Origin: Lama glama
Lineage: Eukaryota
DNA: 64,000 nucleotides
Assembly (NCBI GenBank): GCA_028534125.1
Contig: CM052817.1
Location: 47,184,001-47,248,000 of the forward strand
Reading direction: 5' to 3'
How positions within the stretch are numbered: position 1 is the first letter of the stretch; each line of letters begins with the position of its first letter. Positions 11,701-24,846 of this stretch are shown one piece after another. A program made the translations under genes and the position numbers. The notes under the pieces are model-generated. The model was not told the origin of the DNA. It saw only the letters and a program-made list of their open reading frames with translations, and did no database searches.

Positions 11701-13529
11701 AGTTCTCCCAACAAAAACCAAGTAGCACATTAAATATTTTCTGGAAAAGGCAAGGCATAAATATGCAAGAGAACTGTATGAGTACTAAGCACAAATACAT
11801 GTATATTCATATAAAGTAATTACAACACAGCCCCTCGCCCTAGAGAACTCATAGTCTAGTGGGGGACACACGTGTCAAAAAGTCATTAAAAATTTATATC
11901 CAGTGTGATAGAGATATGAACAAAATGGGCGAGGAAGGAGATTTCAAGATTCTCTTTTCCTTATGATCAAGAGGTGGACAGACAGTTTTAACAATGAGCT
12001 CAACTGGTTGTCTCAGGAATGGCTAGCAGCATCACTTGTGAACTTAAAATAAAAACATTATTAACCATCACTCACCTATTCTTTTGTGGGGAAAAGACTG
12101 GATTTCATTTAACCTTTACTCAGAGGTCTTACTTTCTCACATTTCAGTAATTCTTTGGTAAATTATCCCTTTACATCACATTATGGAAAGAGTATGGAAC
12201 ATGAATGGAATTTATTTCAGTCTGTTTCTCTTTCCTCTAAAATTCTAATCTTGTTTTCACTCCCTCATCTCTTTTCTGTCTCAACAGCAACCAAAACTTA
12301 CCAAGTGTTTCTTAAGAGTCCGTTATGAGCCAAGTACCTGTTTCTTTCCATATTTTCTTTACTTTTTGGCACTTGAAACTTTGAGTATGCTAAAATTTCC
12401 AACTGTTATTTTAAAAGCATTCTTAGACTTCCTCTCTTCCTGACTCAAAATTTTATTTTCTTCACCATCTCCTATCTGTCTCTTTCACCTTGTTCTCCAT
12501 TTCCCCCTTTTTGCTTAAGCCACCAATAACCTGACAATCTGCCATGTTTTTGGCTTCCTATGATTTAGCTCACTCCCCTTCTGCCCCCTACGCATGCTTC
12601 CTTCTTATTCTTATTTCTTACTCTTCAACTGGAGCTTCCATATCCTCTTAGTTACCATTTCTCTTTATTTTTTTAGGTGTTCCCTGTCCATATGACTTAA
12701 TTCTTTTCTCTCTAACATGCTTTACTGCCTACCATTTCTTCAGTAAATCCATATTAAAACAAATTTAATATATGAACTTTTCATTTAACTTAAAATAGTT
12801 TGATAAATGTTGATTAAAGTTGCTCCAAGCATCATCCTGAATAGCTAATCCTGCCAAAAATCCTGCATTTTTTCCCTTCTTGCTCACTGGGGTTTCCACT
12901 GATGTGTTTTCTTAAGAGAAAAAAGAAATCTTACAAACATCTGATCTGTTTGTCTAACTTGCCTGGTTTTAATTGAGCAGAGACTGAGTAAAGACCATAA
13001 TTAAGAATGACCCAATAGTACCAAATAAAAATCCAAATAAAAGGTTAACCAAATTAGATTTAGAGAAGATACTAAGACATAAATGAGGATAAACCTGAAG
13101 AAAAAAAATCAAAGAGTGAAGCACACTTCCAAAGTCCTTACTTTTCAAAAGATATTTAAGAGCCTCTTCTTGGAAATTTTTGTCATTATAGATTCAGGAA
13201 GAATTGTACTTCTCCTTTGAAACTGAACAAGTTTCCTTTTTTCCTATGGACTGCTAGAAAGACTGAAGTCAGATTCTTGGCCCAATTTAACTTTTCTTTC
13301 TTTTTTCCTTTGATCCACTATCCAGAAGACATTTTTTGGCACCAAAGCATTTTATTTCCTTAGCTACTGCCTATTTTTAATGTTTTATCTTGTTGCATAA
13401 TATTTATCTATGTAAGCCACCCCAGTTGTTCCCAGTGAGAGATGGGATATAAACACCCTTTCTTAATGAACACCCTTTCCAACCATTTGGTGTCACTGTT
13501 CACCCTGTTTCTACCTCAGTCTTCACTGA

Positions 13530-14200
13530 CTAGAATGTGAGCCATTTGGTTAGAAAAGCTGTCACATTTGGATCGGAGCAACCAGTCAGAGAGAAATTAA
13601 ATTGTTTTTCTTTGTCTGCCTGCTGTTCCAAGTTTCTGCTGGCGTTGCCAGTCATTTGGAGGGAGAAGTGTTGGGCTTGTTCAGCTGTCAGTGAGTGCGA
13701 AGGAGGTTGAGTGGATCACTCCAGCCTCTCCTTTTTGCTGTGGAATCAATAACCAAAGTCTGGGTGGGCACTGGGAGAGGGTCCACCAGCTCACCCTCAG
13801 AGGAAGCAGCTGATGCTTCTGAGGAAAGAAAGCTTTGTCACTGTTGTGAAGGTGATGGCATTGACATTATTTCCCACTTTGATGTCTCTGGCATTAAGAG
13901 TCTTTGCAGATGGAATAGTTCTAAGGAGACTATCAACTAAAGCTGAATTTGTCAGAAGGTGCATTCACTTATCCAGCAGGGGTGAGATGCTGAAATAGTA
14001 AGAATTTCTCTGTGTGAATCAGTCTCTTGAGATGGTCTTGGAGTGTTGGGTCAGATGCCTTCGTTCTTGCCTGAGGCGAATGATGGAGGAGATATTAGAG
14101 GTGTAGCTCTCAAGTGTGATAGGAATGAGAAAGGCATGGGTGGAGTGAATCCATGCTGGATTGAGAAAAGTTATGGAGGAAAAAACAGATCCTAGGGAGA
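13530..14200 (-). mobile_element. Possible highly decayed L2/CR1-clade ORF2 relic
   Basis: Minus-strand frames give, in the expected order, LKRLIHT.KFLL, SEGELVD, NTSPS..ETW, KKNNL and AFLTKWL; weak motif-level match. Confidence 0.3.
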
Positions 14201-14479
14201 ATGGTGAAGGATATATAAACCCCGGAGCTCACTATAAAATGCAGAAAGCTAACCCGTGATATTTAAATTCAGAGGCCAGTTTGTCAGACAGACAGTGTTA
14301 ATACATATTTATTTTCACATCTGTAGCAGAAATCAATGACTCAACTGCTGAGGAATTGGTCTAGTGGCTTTAAAACTGTAACCCTTCCTATAGGAAAAGC
14401 ATGTGTTAGAAGCAACTATAGGAAGAAATTTCCCTTCCCCCATCTTTGATGTTTATTTTATGATTGTGTTACTATACTA

Positions 14480-14655
14480 GGGGCTTTGAGAGCATGATAT
14501 TATTTACTACTTGTAATAAGTTTATTAGGGCAGCTCTATTATCACCTCCATTTTCTGAATGAATTTCTTCATTGAAGCTGAGAAAGTTACTGAAGCAACT
14601 TGCTCAAGGTTACACAGCTGGAAAGCGGCACAGCCAGATTGAAACCCAGACATTG
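14480..14655 (-). mobile_element. MIR SINE
   Basis: CTATTATCACCTCCATTTT..AACTTGCTCAAGGTTACACAGCTGGAAAGCGGCACAGCCAGATTGAAACCCAG. Confidence 0.8.
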
Positions 14656-15049
14656 CTCAAGTTATTTACTGTTATGCTATATACATTTCATTCAGGAGAT
14701 AGGTGCAAAAAAGTTAGAAAGTTAGCTTACCCTTAAATCTGTTAGTCATATACAGATTAAACATTTGAAAGGAATCACTGAGACATTGATACATTTCTAA
14801 GAAACAGATGAGACAAAGGAATAAAAACCCCCAGCTTAGAACTTTGTGAGACAATGTCAAAGGTAACTTCAACCGAAAAACAGTTTTCATGCAGATGTTG
14901 GAGCTTAGTGCGTTACTATATGATATTTACTGAGACCCACTCACATACTGGGCTCATCTTGCTTGCTCATGTCTCATTGTTTTTAAAATAAATTTTATCA
15001 CTTATTCATTTACTTCATTTCTCTGGATTTTATTTTTTATCTTTTTGAA

Positions 15050-15165
15050 ATTAAGGACAATAACTCCACTTACCTTGTAAGATTGTTGTGATGATTAAAT
15101 GAGTTGATATATTAAAAGATGGTCCAGCACATAGTGAGTTCTCAAATGTTAGCTACCATCATTGT
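15050..15165 (+). mobile_element. MIR SINE 3' half
   Basis: GATTGTTGTGATGATTAAATGAG..GCACATAGTGAGTTCTCAAATGTTAGCTA. Confidence 0.75.
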
Positions 15166-15199
15166 TAGTTAGCATCACTTAATTCCTTTTATTTCTCAC

Positions 15200-15470
15200 A
15201 AAATACTTACTATACGACAGGCAGTGTCCTAAGAACTTCATTAACTCAATTCATGCTTATAACCTCTGTGGTGAGCATTGTTATGCCCATTTGATGAGCG
15301 AGGGCCCTGAGGCAGCGCTCAAACTCAGGCTGTTGGGCGCTGGAGTTGGTTTTCTTCACCACCACTCTTAAGTTTCATACACACTGAAGCAATTGGTCCA
15401 AACTCAGACAGTTAACAAGGGCTAGAACTGGAATTTGGACCAGGATTTTTCCACTATAATCTAGATTCTG
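15200..15470 (-). mobile_element. MIR fragments
   Basis: CTTACTATACGACAGGCAGTGTCCTAAG..GCCCATTT..CTGAGGC; GAACTGGAATTTGGACCAGG. Confidence 0.6.
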
Positions 15471-15509
15471 CATTTTGCAGGGGGTGTGATTTAGAGATTG
15501 ATAAAAGGG

Positions 15510-15652
15510 GTAGAGGAATGGATATATGTATGGCCTTGATGGTGGTGATGGTTCCACAGGTTTATACTTATTCCCAAAATCATAAAATTGTATATATTAA
15601 ATAATATAGAGATTTTAACATGTCAATCATACCTCAAAAGTGGTTAAAAAAG
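15510..15652 (+). mobile_element. L1MC-type 3' end
   Basis: TATGGCCTTGATGGTGGTGATGGTT..ATGTCAATCATACCTCAAAAGTGGTTAAAAAA. Confidence 0.8.
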
Positions 15653-15664
15653 ATACACGTGTTG

Positions 15665-16135
15665 TGATTTGGCACACCTAATTAATGGTGAAATCAGGGA
15701 TAGATGTGGAGTGGTAGGGAAGGAGAGCCGATCTGGAGGAAAGATGAGAAGGTCAGTTTCTAATAAGGTGAACGTTGAATGTTAGGTTATAGGAGGTCAT
15801 ACAGATGGAAATGCCCATGGCCACTGATGCATAGAAAAGGGGTTGATGGGAAATAAGAACTGGAGATGGCAATTTGGAAATTACCTTCTCAGGAGACAGC
15901 TGAAGCTATAGCATTTATAAACTCACCGACTGAGAGAGTATGGAGAATATAAAGGGCAAAGGACAGACCCTTGAGACAAAGGGCAGGAATGATGAAGAGG
16001 AGTTACCTAAGAAGACAGAAACAGTAGTTAGAGAAAGAGAAGAGACCAGGTGAGTTTTAAATGCCACAAAGAACTCAAGGTACAGGTAGGAGACCAGAAA
16101 GGCAAAAATCTGCTGCCAATAATATCAAAAGAGCA
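15665..16135 (-). mobile_element. L2 LINE fragment
   Basis: Purine-rich GGAAAGATGAGAAGGTCAGTTT..GATGGAAATGCCC..CTGGAGAT..AATTTGG..GCTGAAGCTAT..GGACAGACCCTTGAG typical of antisense L2. Confidence 0.7.
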
Positions 16136-18572
16136 CTTTATGTAGAGTGGATGCAAAAGGAGTGCAGAAACCAAGTGCAAGAGAAACCAAGTGCAAAGGA
16201 TTGAATGATTACAACACAAGGAAGCAGAGATAGGCTAGTAGCTAGAATGGCCAGTGGGCTGGTCCGAGAACAAAGTGGCACCACTCAGTTCACACCTAGT
16301 CTCTGGGTACAAAAGACTGTAAGAGACAGAAACTGGTATTAGCTCGATGAGCAATTCCTTATGAATATTGAAAAATAATTCATTTTTCTACACAGCACTT
16401 GGCTTTCAGCATGCAGCCTAACACCCAGATGACACCTCAGTATCATTTCTTGAATATAAAGTGGAAAAATCTGTGCCCTCCAGTGTGAACACTTTATTTT
16501 CCTATCTCTCTTCACGTAAGAGATTTATTTTTGCTGTCAGTCAGAAGAGAACATTGTCCATTGGCAGGTAGCAGAGTTTGAAGCAAGGGAGAAAATGAAA
16601 CATACTCTGTCACAAGGTTGCATTTGTATTAGGAAAATGTCTTTTTGGCAGGACAGACACCATAATTTGTCAAGCAGATTAATCTCTGGAATGGAAAGTC
16701 CTAATCAAATGGTGAAGATTTTAATACATCTCTTGGATAGATAGGTTGGCTGCAGCCCTGTAACTGCCATGGGTGTGAAAAAGAGACTCAGACAATCTGC
16801 AAGAATCTAACGGATGGGAATCATGATAAATTTAGAGAATCTGTATAATTGGATTTGCTCAGTGTTGGCCGGTTCCCACTTCCAGCAATGCAGCAGAACA
16901 AGCAGAAAATGCTCATTTAGAGCATGGTAGTCTGTTTATACTACATTAACATCCCTTTAATCGATCTATAGGTTGTGAAATGGCTAGAAAAGTAGAGAAA
17001 GAATCAGAGTAATTTTTCTTTCTCTTGCACTCTAATCATATTGTTATATTTTCAAAATGAGTAGAAAGGAATTGACAGGCAGAAAAGTCAAAACAAGACG
17101 CAAGAGCTAGAATTTTTCCTCAGACTTTTAAATGCCATTCCAGTTGAAACTGTATTTAGTGGCGAGCCCATTCCAACTGCACTCTGAGATTCTCATCTCA
17201 TTAGGGGGTCCTTCAGGGAAGATTTGTTTTCTGATAGATGTACAAAGGCATCTTTACATGTAGACACTTGTCCTCATATTTAATACAAGGAAGTGGTAGA
17301 AGCAGTGGTTCTAGAACACTGAGATATCTGACTTTGGTAAAGCCTCATTTCATTCCTTCAAGTTGAGTACCAACTTCTGTGCATCCCCATGGTAGTTAGC
17401 TGAGCGCTCTCAGGGTAATAGATAGTCATAAAGCGTAGTTCAGCATATGAATACAGAGAATGTTGTTATGTTTTCAACTGTAGTGAAAGCAGTTTAAAAA
17501 TTCCATATAGAGGCCAAATGGACAGAATTTATAGTCTTAATATATATTGCTAATTACAAAATAATCATTGTGCAATTTCTAATTATTGATTATTTGAGAA
17601 TCTTAAATTACAGATTATACTCAGTGTTTCCAACTCACTCTAATCAGAAAGTTGACCCTATTTGAGAGAGTAATTGAGCTTCTGATGGGTTGGGGGCAGC
17701 CTATGGAAATACAATGCATATGGCTGTGTGCTGCCTAAGATGTACATAAACTGCCACTACTTTATCAAATTGTGATATCTCTCCTTTCAAAATCTTAGAC
17801 GGCTTGTGCACACCATCTGCTCTTTGTCTGTATTCCTTCTGTGCTTTTCTTAATCTAGAAGAATGGTTCTTGAAATTCTTACAGGACTCTTTAAAACATT
17901 TGCCACATATTTTGAGAAGCATCTGGTTGGAAAAAGTCCCACTTTCTGTATTTGTTCCCAGCTGACTGGTGTGTGCCATGTTTCTTGTGAATCTAGTTTT
18001 GTTAACTTTGGGGGTAAATGCTTTTGCATTTGCTTCGTTACATATTTATGGTGAGACTGATAGCCTAAAGCAAGTTGCTAAGGGTTGGAGAAATGAAAGA
18101 CCCAGGGTCAGGAAAACCTGATTAATTTACCTGACATCTAATTTGCACAAGGTTACCTGAAAACTGGTGTTTGTTTCTTTTGCTTGATGATTTCAAGATC
18201 GACCTTGTCCCTTTAAGGAATCCTGGATACCTTGAATTCTTTCTCAAACATCTGCTCTGATTTCAACAGGGAGACTGTAGGAGAACTATAATTCACATAG
18301 CTTTCCTTCAGCAAACAAGGCACCTACCTGTCAGTAAGACAAATTTTCCAAGGAGCTAAAAAATAGAGAGTGTTGTCAAGGAGCTCTGAATCCTAATAGG
18401 GACAGAACTTTCAGTTAAGCGAGCTGTGGAAGGTTGTCTGTTGCTGGCTACATTTTATTAGTTTCATAGTTTTTTTGGTCTTAAATTTAAACTAACACAC
18501 ATTAAAATTTGGAAATTTAAAAACATGAAGAGGAAAATTAAAATCCTATATAATGCCTAGAAATAATCTCAA

Positions 18573-18822
18573 TAGCTAGTACTTACATGGTGTCACTATG
18601 TAGTAAGTACTGTTCTAAATGCTTTGCTTATATTAATTCTTTAGACTCTCATGATGATTTCAAGGATAGATACTATTATTGTCCTTGTTATAGAGATGGG
18701 GAAACTAAACCGAGGCATAGGTTAAGTTACTTGCCCAAGGTCACTTGGCTAATAGGTGGCACAGCGAGGATTCAAATGCAGGCAATCTAATTCCAGGGTC
18801 TAACTCTTAATTGCTATGCTGT
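18573..18822 (-). mobile_element. MIR SINE, near full length
   Basis: AGATGGGGAAACT..GAGGCATAGGTTAAGTTACTTGCCCAAGGTCAC..GGATTCAAATGCAGGCAATCT. Confidence 0.9.
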
Positions 18823-19139
18823 GCCATCAACACTTATTTACTCCTATTCACACTTTTATGAAATTCCTTCCAGGTTACTTTCAATCAAGTTTTTAAAACA
18901 AAGTTGAAATAAGAGACCATATTTAATGATTTGCCTTAATTTTGTTTACTCAATCTTGTAACAAGCTTTCTCCTATACCATCTACAGATGGTCAGTATCT
19001 TTTGTAGGGAAGATACTTCAATTTTGTAAAGCTACTGAGACCCCTTACTTCATGTTTCACCTACTTCCAAAAATTTACTTTGCCTACAGAGCAGTAGCAG
19101 ATAAAATATACAGAGTGCCAAATTGCCACAGGGTGGGTC

Positions 19140-19330
19140 TGAGTGCATGACCTTTGGTCAGTCCCTCAACCTCTTTAAGTCTGTTTTCTCATCTATAAAA
19201 TGGGGGAATTATATTGCTATCCCGAACTATAGGTTTGTTATGGTGACCAAAAGGTATGCCTGTGAAGTGTACTTAGTAAAGTGCACAGCCATTTATAAAC
19301 GTCAGTGATTCTTTTAATAGTAACAATAAT
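19140..19330 (+). mobile_element. MIR (MIRc/MIR3-like)
   Basis: TGACCTTTGGTCAGTCCCTCAACCTCTTTAAGTCTGTTTTCTCATCTATAAAATGGG. Confidence 0.8.
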
Positions 19331-22300
19331 AATGAGCATGTCCAACCATGACTGGCAATCCCAGGGGAAATTCTTTCCTAGGTGAAGAAGGAGATAAGAG
19401 AGATTTATCAAACAAATGAACATGAGACACTGTCATTGTCAAGAACAATTAAAGAATCTTTCAATAATGGTGGTGGAAGCACTGAAAAAAAGATCACCAG
19501 CAGAAATAAAATTTCCATGTTTTTCCTTCTAGACTTTTTTCTATCAAGTTTCTTTTAAGCTTGTCACTGGCTCCTTTCAAGTCTAAGGTCAATGAACTGC
19601 TAAGTCAACTGCTTTCATTTTCCTTCCGTTTTTAATTTGCTAGTTGCCCTTTCATTTCTCTCCCTTCTACTTTGTTACTTGCTTACTTACATCTCCCTTT
19701 GCTCTTCTTCTTTTCCCTTCCCAAAGTCATTGATGTATGAAGTGCTGTTTGTAAACTAATCAGGACTTGGTGAGGGGCTGGAGTCTTGCCACGGACCTTT
19801 GAGAGGTGCCTGACCGTCCCTGTACTCTGCCTTTGGCCAGGACCACACCCATGGGGTTTCAGGCACAGAAGTCTGGACACCTGTGATCAAGGCCGGCAGG
19901 GAAGGAGATTCCGACTCTCTGTTCCTACAACACTGCAGCAGTCTGCAACCTATAACCACAAGAACCAAGCTGATAAATGAACTGTTTTGTAACTGACCTG
20001 GCTTAACCCCTTAAGAAGGAGATAATATTCATAATGCTAATAAAATGATAAAGAGGATGGATGGTTTTTAAGCTCCCAGTTCCTTCTAAAATTGGTTGAA
20101 AATATCTACAAAAATTGCACTGATGACATTTTATGTGAAACACTCTAATTCTCCAGCTTTCGCCATCTTTGAAAATTATTGGTAGTAGCTCAGCACATAC
20201 TGACATGTTTTTGTATTTTCTTTTAATTTGGGGCTTGGCAGTTATGTTAGAAATTCTAGCAAGACTGAATGGAGATCCAGCTGAGGTGGAATACCTGCCT
20301 TATAAACTTGTTATGGAGATATTCTTGAGAATATGTGAAAGGAGAACTGCATTCTGAGAAGATACCATCAGTCCCTGCGCACTGCCTTAGATCCACGTTG
20401 CCCCGTCCAGAGAGTGTGCCACAGAAAATTCTGCAGTGCTAAGTCTAGACAAAATATTTTTGGATGCTTTGAGCATATCCCTCCAGATTAAACACTGTTG
20501 CCAAGAGGTTAATTGGACTCAAAGATCCCTCCCCATGAGTTTTGAGAGTCTGTGATATAAATTCCATCTGTTTCTTGAAGCAGTTTATGGGTTTGGCAAT
20601 ATGATGTGTTGGCCTGACAATTGTTTAAAAAATCCTTTTTAGCCTGATACAGGTATAATTTTTTTATAGTATCCAGATTTATTTTCTTCAACATCTAATT
20701 TTAAATTAGAAACCACTCCAGCTCTGCGTCTGGGATACCACATTTATTCTGAATGTGAATACTACATGGCCATCTCTTGACCAAAGCGGTGTAACTTGCA
20801 TACTGTAGTGTAGGAGTGGAACATTCTTCCTCCAGTTTTAATGCTGTGAGAACTGGAATGTTATAAATAGTGAAAGTCAGTCCCGAAATATTTCTTGACT
20901 ATACTTTCTTTGCTTCAAGGGATTGTCTCCAAACTGTCTTCAGTGGATTACAGGATCTGAGATGCACTCCAGGTTTATGTAGACTGTGTGCTCATTTTCC
21001 AGGAATAACTTTCACGTAGGTAAAGCCAGGTTTAAAAAAGAAAAGAAATAAATACCATCTTAAAGCAACACAATTGGGAAAAGTCATCCTGAGAGAGGGT
21101 GAAAGTTGTCTTGGTCATGGAAAGGAAGGATCTGTTTTCCTCTGGGCACTGCATCACCCATGACCTGGGTTTTGAATTTTACGTAAAGGGTCACCCTGGC
21201 TATATTCACTCTTGGATAGGGAATGCCTTCAGGTCTGCTGCAACCCCCTCATGTTCTGGGAAACATTTGCTTTTTATCATGCCTCCTCTCCTCTTCTATA
21301 CACCTATTTGGTGACATAATCAGGTTATAAACCTTTGTTCTGACCTGTCTTCCCCTTAAATTCTGCTTCTAATCTAACAGTTTTCCCTGGCTCCACACTC
21401 CACCATTGCTGACAAGGGGCTGTGCCCCTTCAGTCTGCACTGACCACTCAGAAAACTTGCTATCGGGGTGATACTAATGCTTCAGCTTCACTTGTATGAA
21501 GATGGAGATTGGACAACATCCACTAATCGTGTGTGTGTGAAAGACAGAGTTCCTGATCTCTGAGGACGCTGTACCTGCCCGCTCTACCAGCAGGAGGCAA
21601 GACGCCTTAGGCCACCCTCTGCACCTAAGGAGATGTCATTTCCCATTTATTAGAATTAAGGGTTAGCAGGCTTCTGTCTCCAGAACAAGATGATGATGAC
21701 CTCAGCAGCCTCAGCTGGCTTTGTGGATCAAATAAATAAACCTGGAATGTCAATATCTCAGGGAAATATTTGATCCTAACCCTTACAGATACACGTGGGC
21801 ACCCCCCAAGAACTAGTACTAGGCACTTTTGTCCCCTTCTGGTCTTTTTTGACCTATCTTTTCTTCTTTAGATCATAATTTGCTATTAGAAATATTTCCT
21901 CACCATCTGTCTCAGGATTCCAGATTCATGTGTTTGTACTCTTCAAAAAAGAGGAAAACAGAGTGTCCTTAACTCTATGAAGACTATTAGAACCATGACA
22001 GAGTTAGCATCTGGAACTGCTACCTGCTTTTGTGCATGGGCTAATGTTTATTCCACCAGCTGCTCTTTTTAAACATGCCCAGCCACCCAAGACAGATAAA
22101 AAGCTCTATGTCCACCTGCTTTTCCACTCAGAACTGTCTCCTGGCTCCATTCCTTATCATCTCCTCCAAACTTCTTTCTTATTGGCCATCAGTCTCCATG
22201 TTCTTTAAATGTCACTAGGCTCCCATTGTTACTAGTTCCTCTTTGAAACGACATCTTGATTTCATGATGGATCTCATCAAATACGCCTTTGAGGTGGTGT

Positions 22301-22523
22301 TTTGTTGAATGCCTCCATCAAAAGGCCTCAGACACTGTAACTGTGTCTTTTAGACACTGACTGAATGCTGTGTTCCTTACTGGTTAACCAACGAATATAA
22401 TGCTAAAAGTCATATGGCAGTTCCTGCCTCTAATTCTAAGGGACTGTCTAATCCAGGGCACTGATTTCATGTGATGAGCTGAGTCTAGTGTGAGCAGACA
22501 TTAAGCTTCTCTGTGGCAGGGAT

Positions 22524-22591
22524 TTCTTTCCTTCCTTCCTTCCTTCCTTCCTTCCTTCCTTCCTTCCTTCCTTCCTTCCTTCCTTCCTTCT
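22524..22591. repeat. (TTCC)n microsatellite at the L1 poly(A) tail position
   Basis: About 16 TTCC units adjacent to the putative TSD. Confidence 0.95.
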
Positions 22592-24723
22592 TCTGTTTCT
22601 TTTGCATTAATATAACTTAATCCCTGTCTTTTTAAAAATTGAAATATAGTTGATGTACATACAATATTATATTAATTTCAAGTGTACTACATAGTGATGT
22701 CATATTTGCATACATTATGAAATCATCCTAAGTCTAGTTGCCATCTGTCTCCATACAAAATTATTACAACATTATTGGTTGTATTTCTTACATTGTATAT
22801 TACTTCCCATGGCTTATTTATTTTATAACTAGAAGTTTGTACCCCTTATTCCTTTCTACCTGTTTTGCTCAACTCCCACCTCTTCCCTTCTGGCAACCCC
22901 CCATTTGTTCTCTGTATCTGAGTCTGATTTTGTTTTGCTTTGCCTGTTTGTTTGTTTTGTTTTTTAGATTCCACATATAAGTGAGATCATACAGTATTTG
23001 TTTTTTTCTGTCTGACTTATTTCATTTAGCATAATGCTGTCTAGGTCTATCCATGTTGTTGCAAGTGGTAAAATTTCATGTTTTTCATGGCTAAGTAATA
23101 TTCCATTATATATACTACATCTTCTTTATCCATTCATCTATTGATGGGCACTTAGGTTGCCTCTAAATCTCTGCTATTGTAAATAATGCTGCAATGAACA
23201 TTGGGGTGCACATATATCTTTTTAAATTATTGGGGTTTTTTTCCTTCAGATAAATAGCCAGAAGTGAAATTGCTAGATCTAGTAGTTCTAGTAGTTGTAG
23301 TTTTACTTTTCTGAGGAAAATCCAAACTGTTTTGTACAGTAGCTATACCAGTTTACAGTCCCACCTGCAGTGCATGATGGTTTGCTTTAGTCCACATTTT
23401 CATCAGTGCTTGTTATATATTGTCTTTTTAATGACTGCCATTCTGATATGTGTGCAGTGGTATCTTATTATGGTGTTGATTTGAATTTCCTGGATGATTA
23501 GTGATGTTGAGCATCTTTTCATGTGTCTTTTGGCCATCTGTATGTCTTCTTTAAAAATATGTCTACTCAGGTCCTGTGCTCATTTCTCAATTGGTTACTT
23601 GTTTTTGTTTTTGTTTTTGTTTTTGTTTTTTTTATGTTGAGTGATGTGGGTTCTTTGTATATTTTGGATGTTAACCCATTATCAGATATATTGTTTGCTA
23701 ATATCTTCTCTAGAAGGCTTTCTTTTCATTTTGTTGATGGTTTCCTTTACTGTGCAGAAGTATTTTAGTTTGATATAGTCCCATTTGTTTATTTTTGCTT
23801 TTGTTGCCCTTGCCTGAGGAGACATATCCAAAAAATATTTCTAAGACCAATGTCAAATAACGTTTTCCTCTAGAAATTTCATAGTTTCAGGTTTTACATG
23901 TAAGTATTTAATCCATTTTAAGTTTATTTTTGTATATGATGTAAGTACTCCAATTTGATTCCTTTACATGAAGCTGTTCAATTTTCCCATCATTTATTGA
24001 AGAGAGTTTCTTTTCCACATTGTATATTTTTTCCTCCTTTGTCAAAGATGAATTGACCACATAACTGTGGGTTTATTTCCGAGTTCTCTAGTCTGTTCCA
24101 TTGATCTATGTGTCTGTGTGTCAGTATCATATTGTTTTGATTACAGTAGTTTTGTAATATAGTTTGAAATCAGGGAGTGTGATACATACAGCTTTGTTCT
24201 TTTTTCTTAAAATTTCTTTGGCTATTCAAGGTCTTTTGTGGCTCCATATAATTTTAGAATTATTTATTGTAGTTCTGTGAAAAATACTGTTGGTATTTTG
24301 ATAGGGATTGCACTGAATCAGTAGATTGCCTTAGGTAATATGGTCATTTTAAGAATATTAATTCTCCCAATTCATGAGGATGGTATATCTTTCCATTTGT
24401 TTGTGTTGTCTTCAGTTGTGTTGTCTTATAGTTTTCAGAGTACAAGTCTTTTATCTCCTTTGTTGATGTATTCCTAAGTATTTAATTCTGTTTGATGCAA
24501 TTGTAAATGAAATTGTTTTCTTAATTACTGTTTCTGATAGTTCATTATTAGTGTACAGACATGCAACAGATTTCTATATATTAATTTTGTATCCTGCAAC
24601 TTTAATAAATTCATTTATTAGTCCTATTAGTTTTTTAGTGGTATCTGTAGGATTTTTTATGCGTATTATCATGTCATTGCAAACAGTGACAGTTTTACTT
24701 CTGTCTGGTAGTTTTACTTCTGG

Positions 24724-24846
24724 AGAGGTAGCACGTATAGTTACTGAAAGATAAAATCCTGCTTTGCCTTTGAGGAAAAACAAGTCACCATGAGTGACAG
24801 GTAATGCTCATACTCTGTATTAGTCAGAGTTATTTAGAGAATCAGA
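24724..24846 (-). repeat. Inverted 123-bp duplicate of 7936-8058 (MLT2B LTR end plus unique flank)
   Basis: Ungapped manual alignment to the reverse complement of 7936-8058 gives 105/123 identity. Confidence 0.95.

Noticed and set aside
17701..17979. 92-aa ORF with CGKCF motif, possible exon
   Set aside because: No recognisable domain (no complete zinc finger), no partner exons, equivocal splice sites
18177..18300. Minus-strand acceptor/donor pair near 18150-18280
   Set aside because: All frames closed; such pairs are common by chance
20700..20870. Faint RTE C-terminal resemblance (W..NVP..GHVV) on the minus strand
   Set aside because: Motif spacing is wrong and the match is too short
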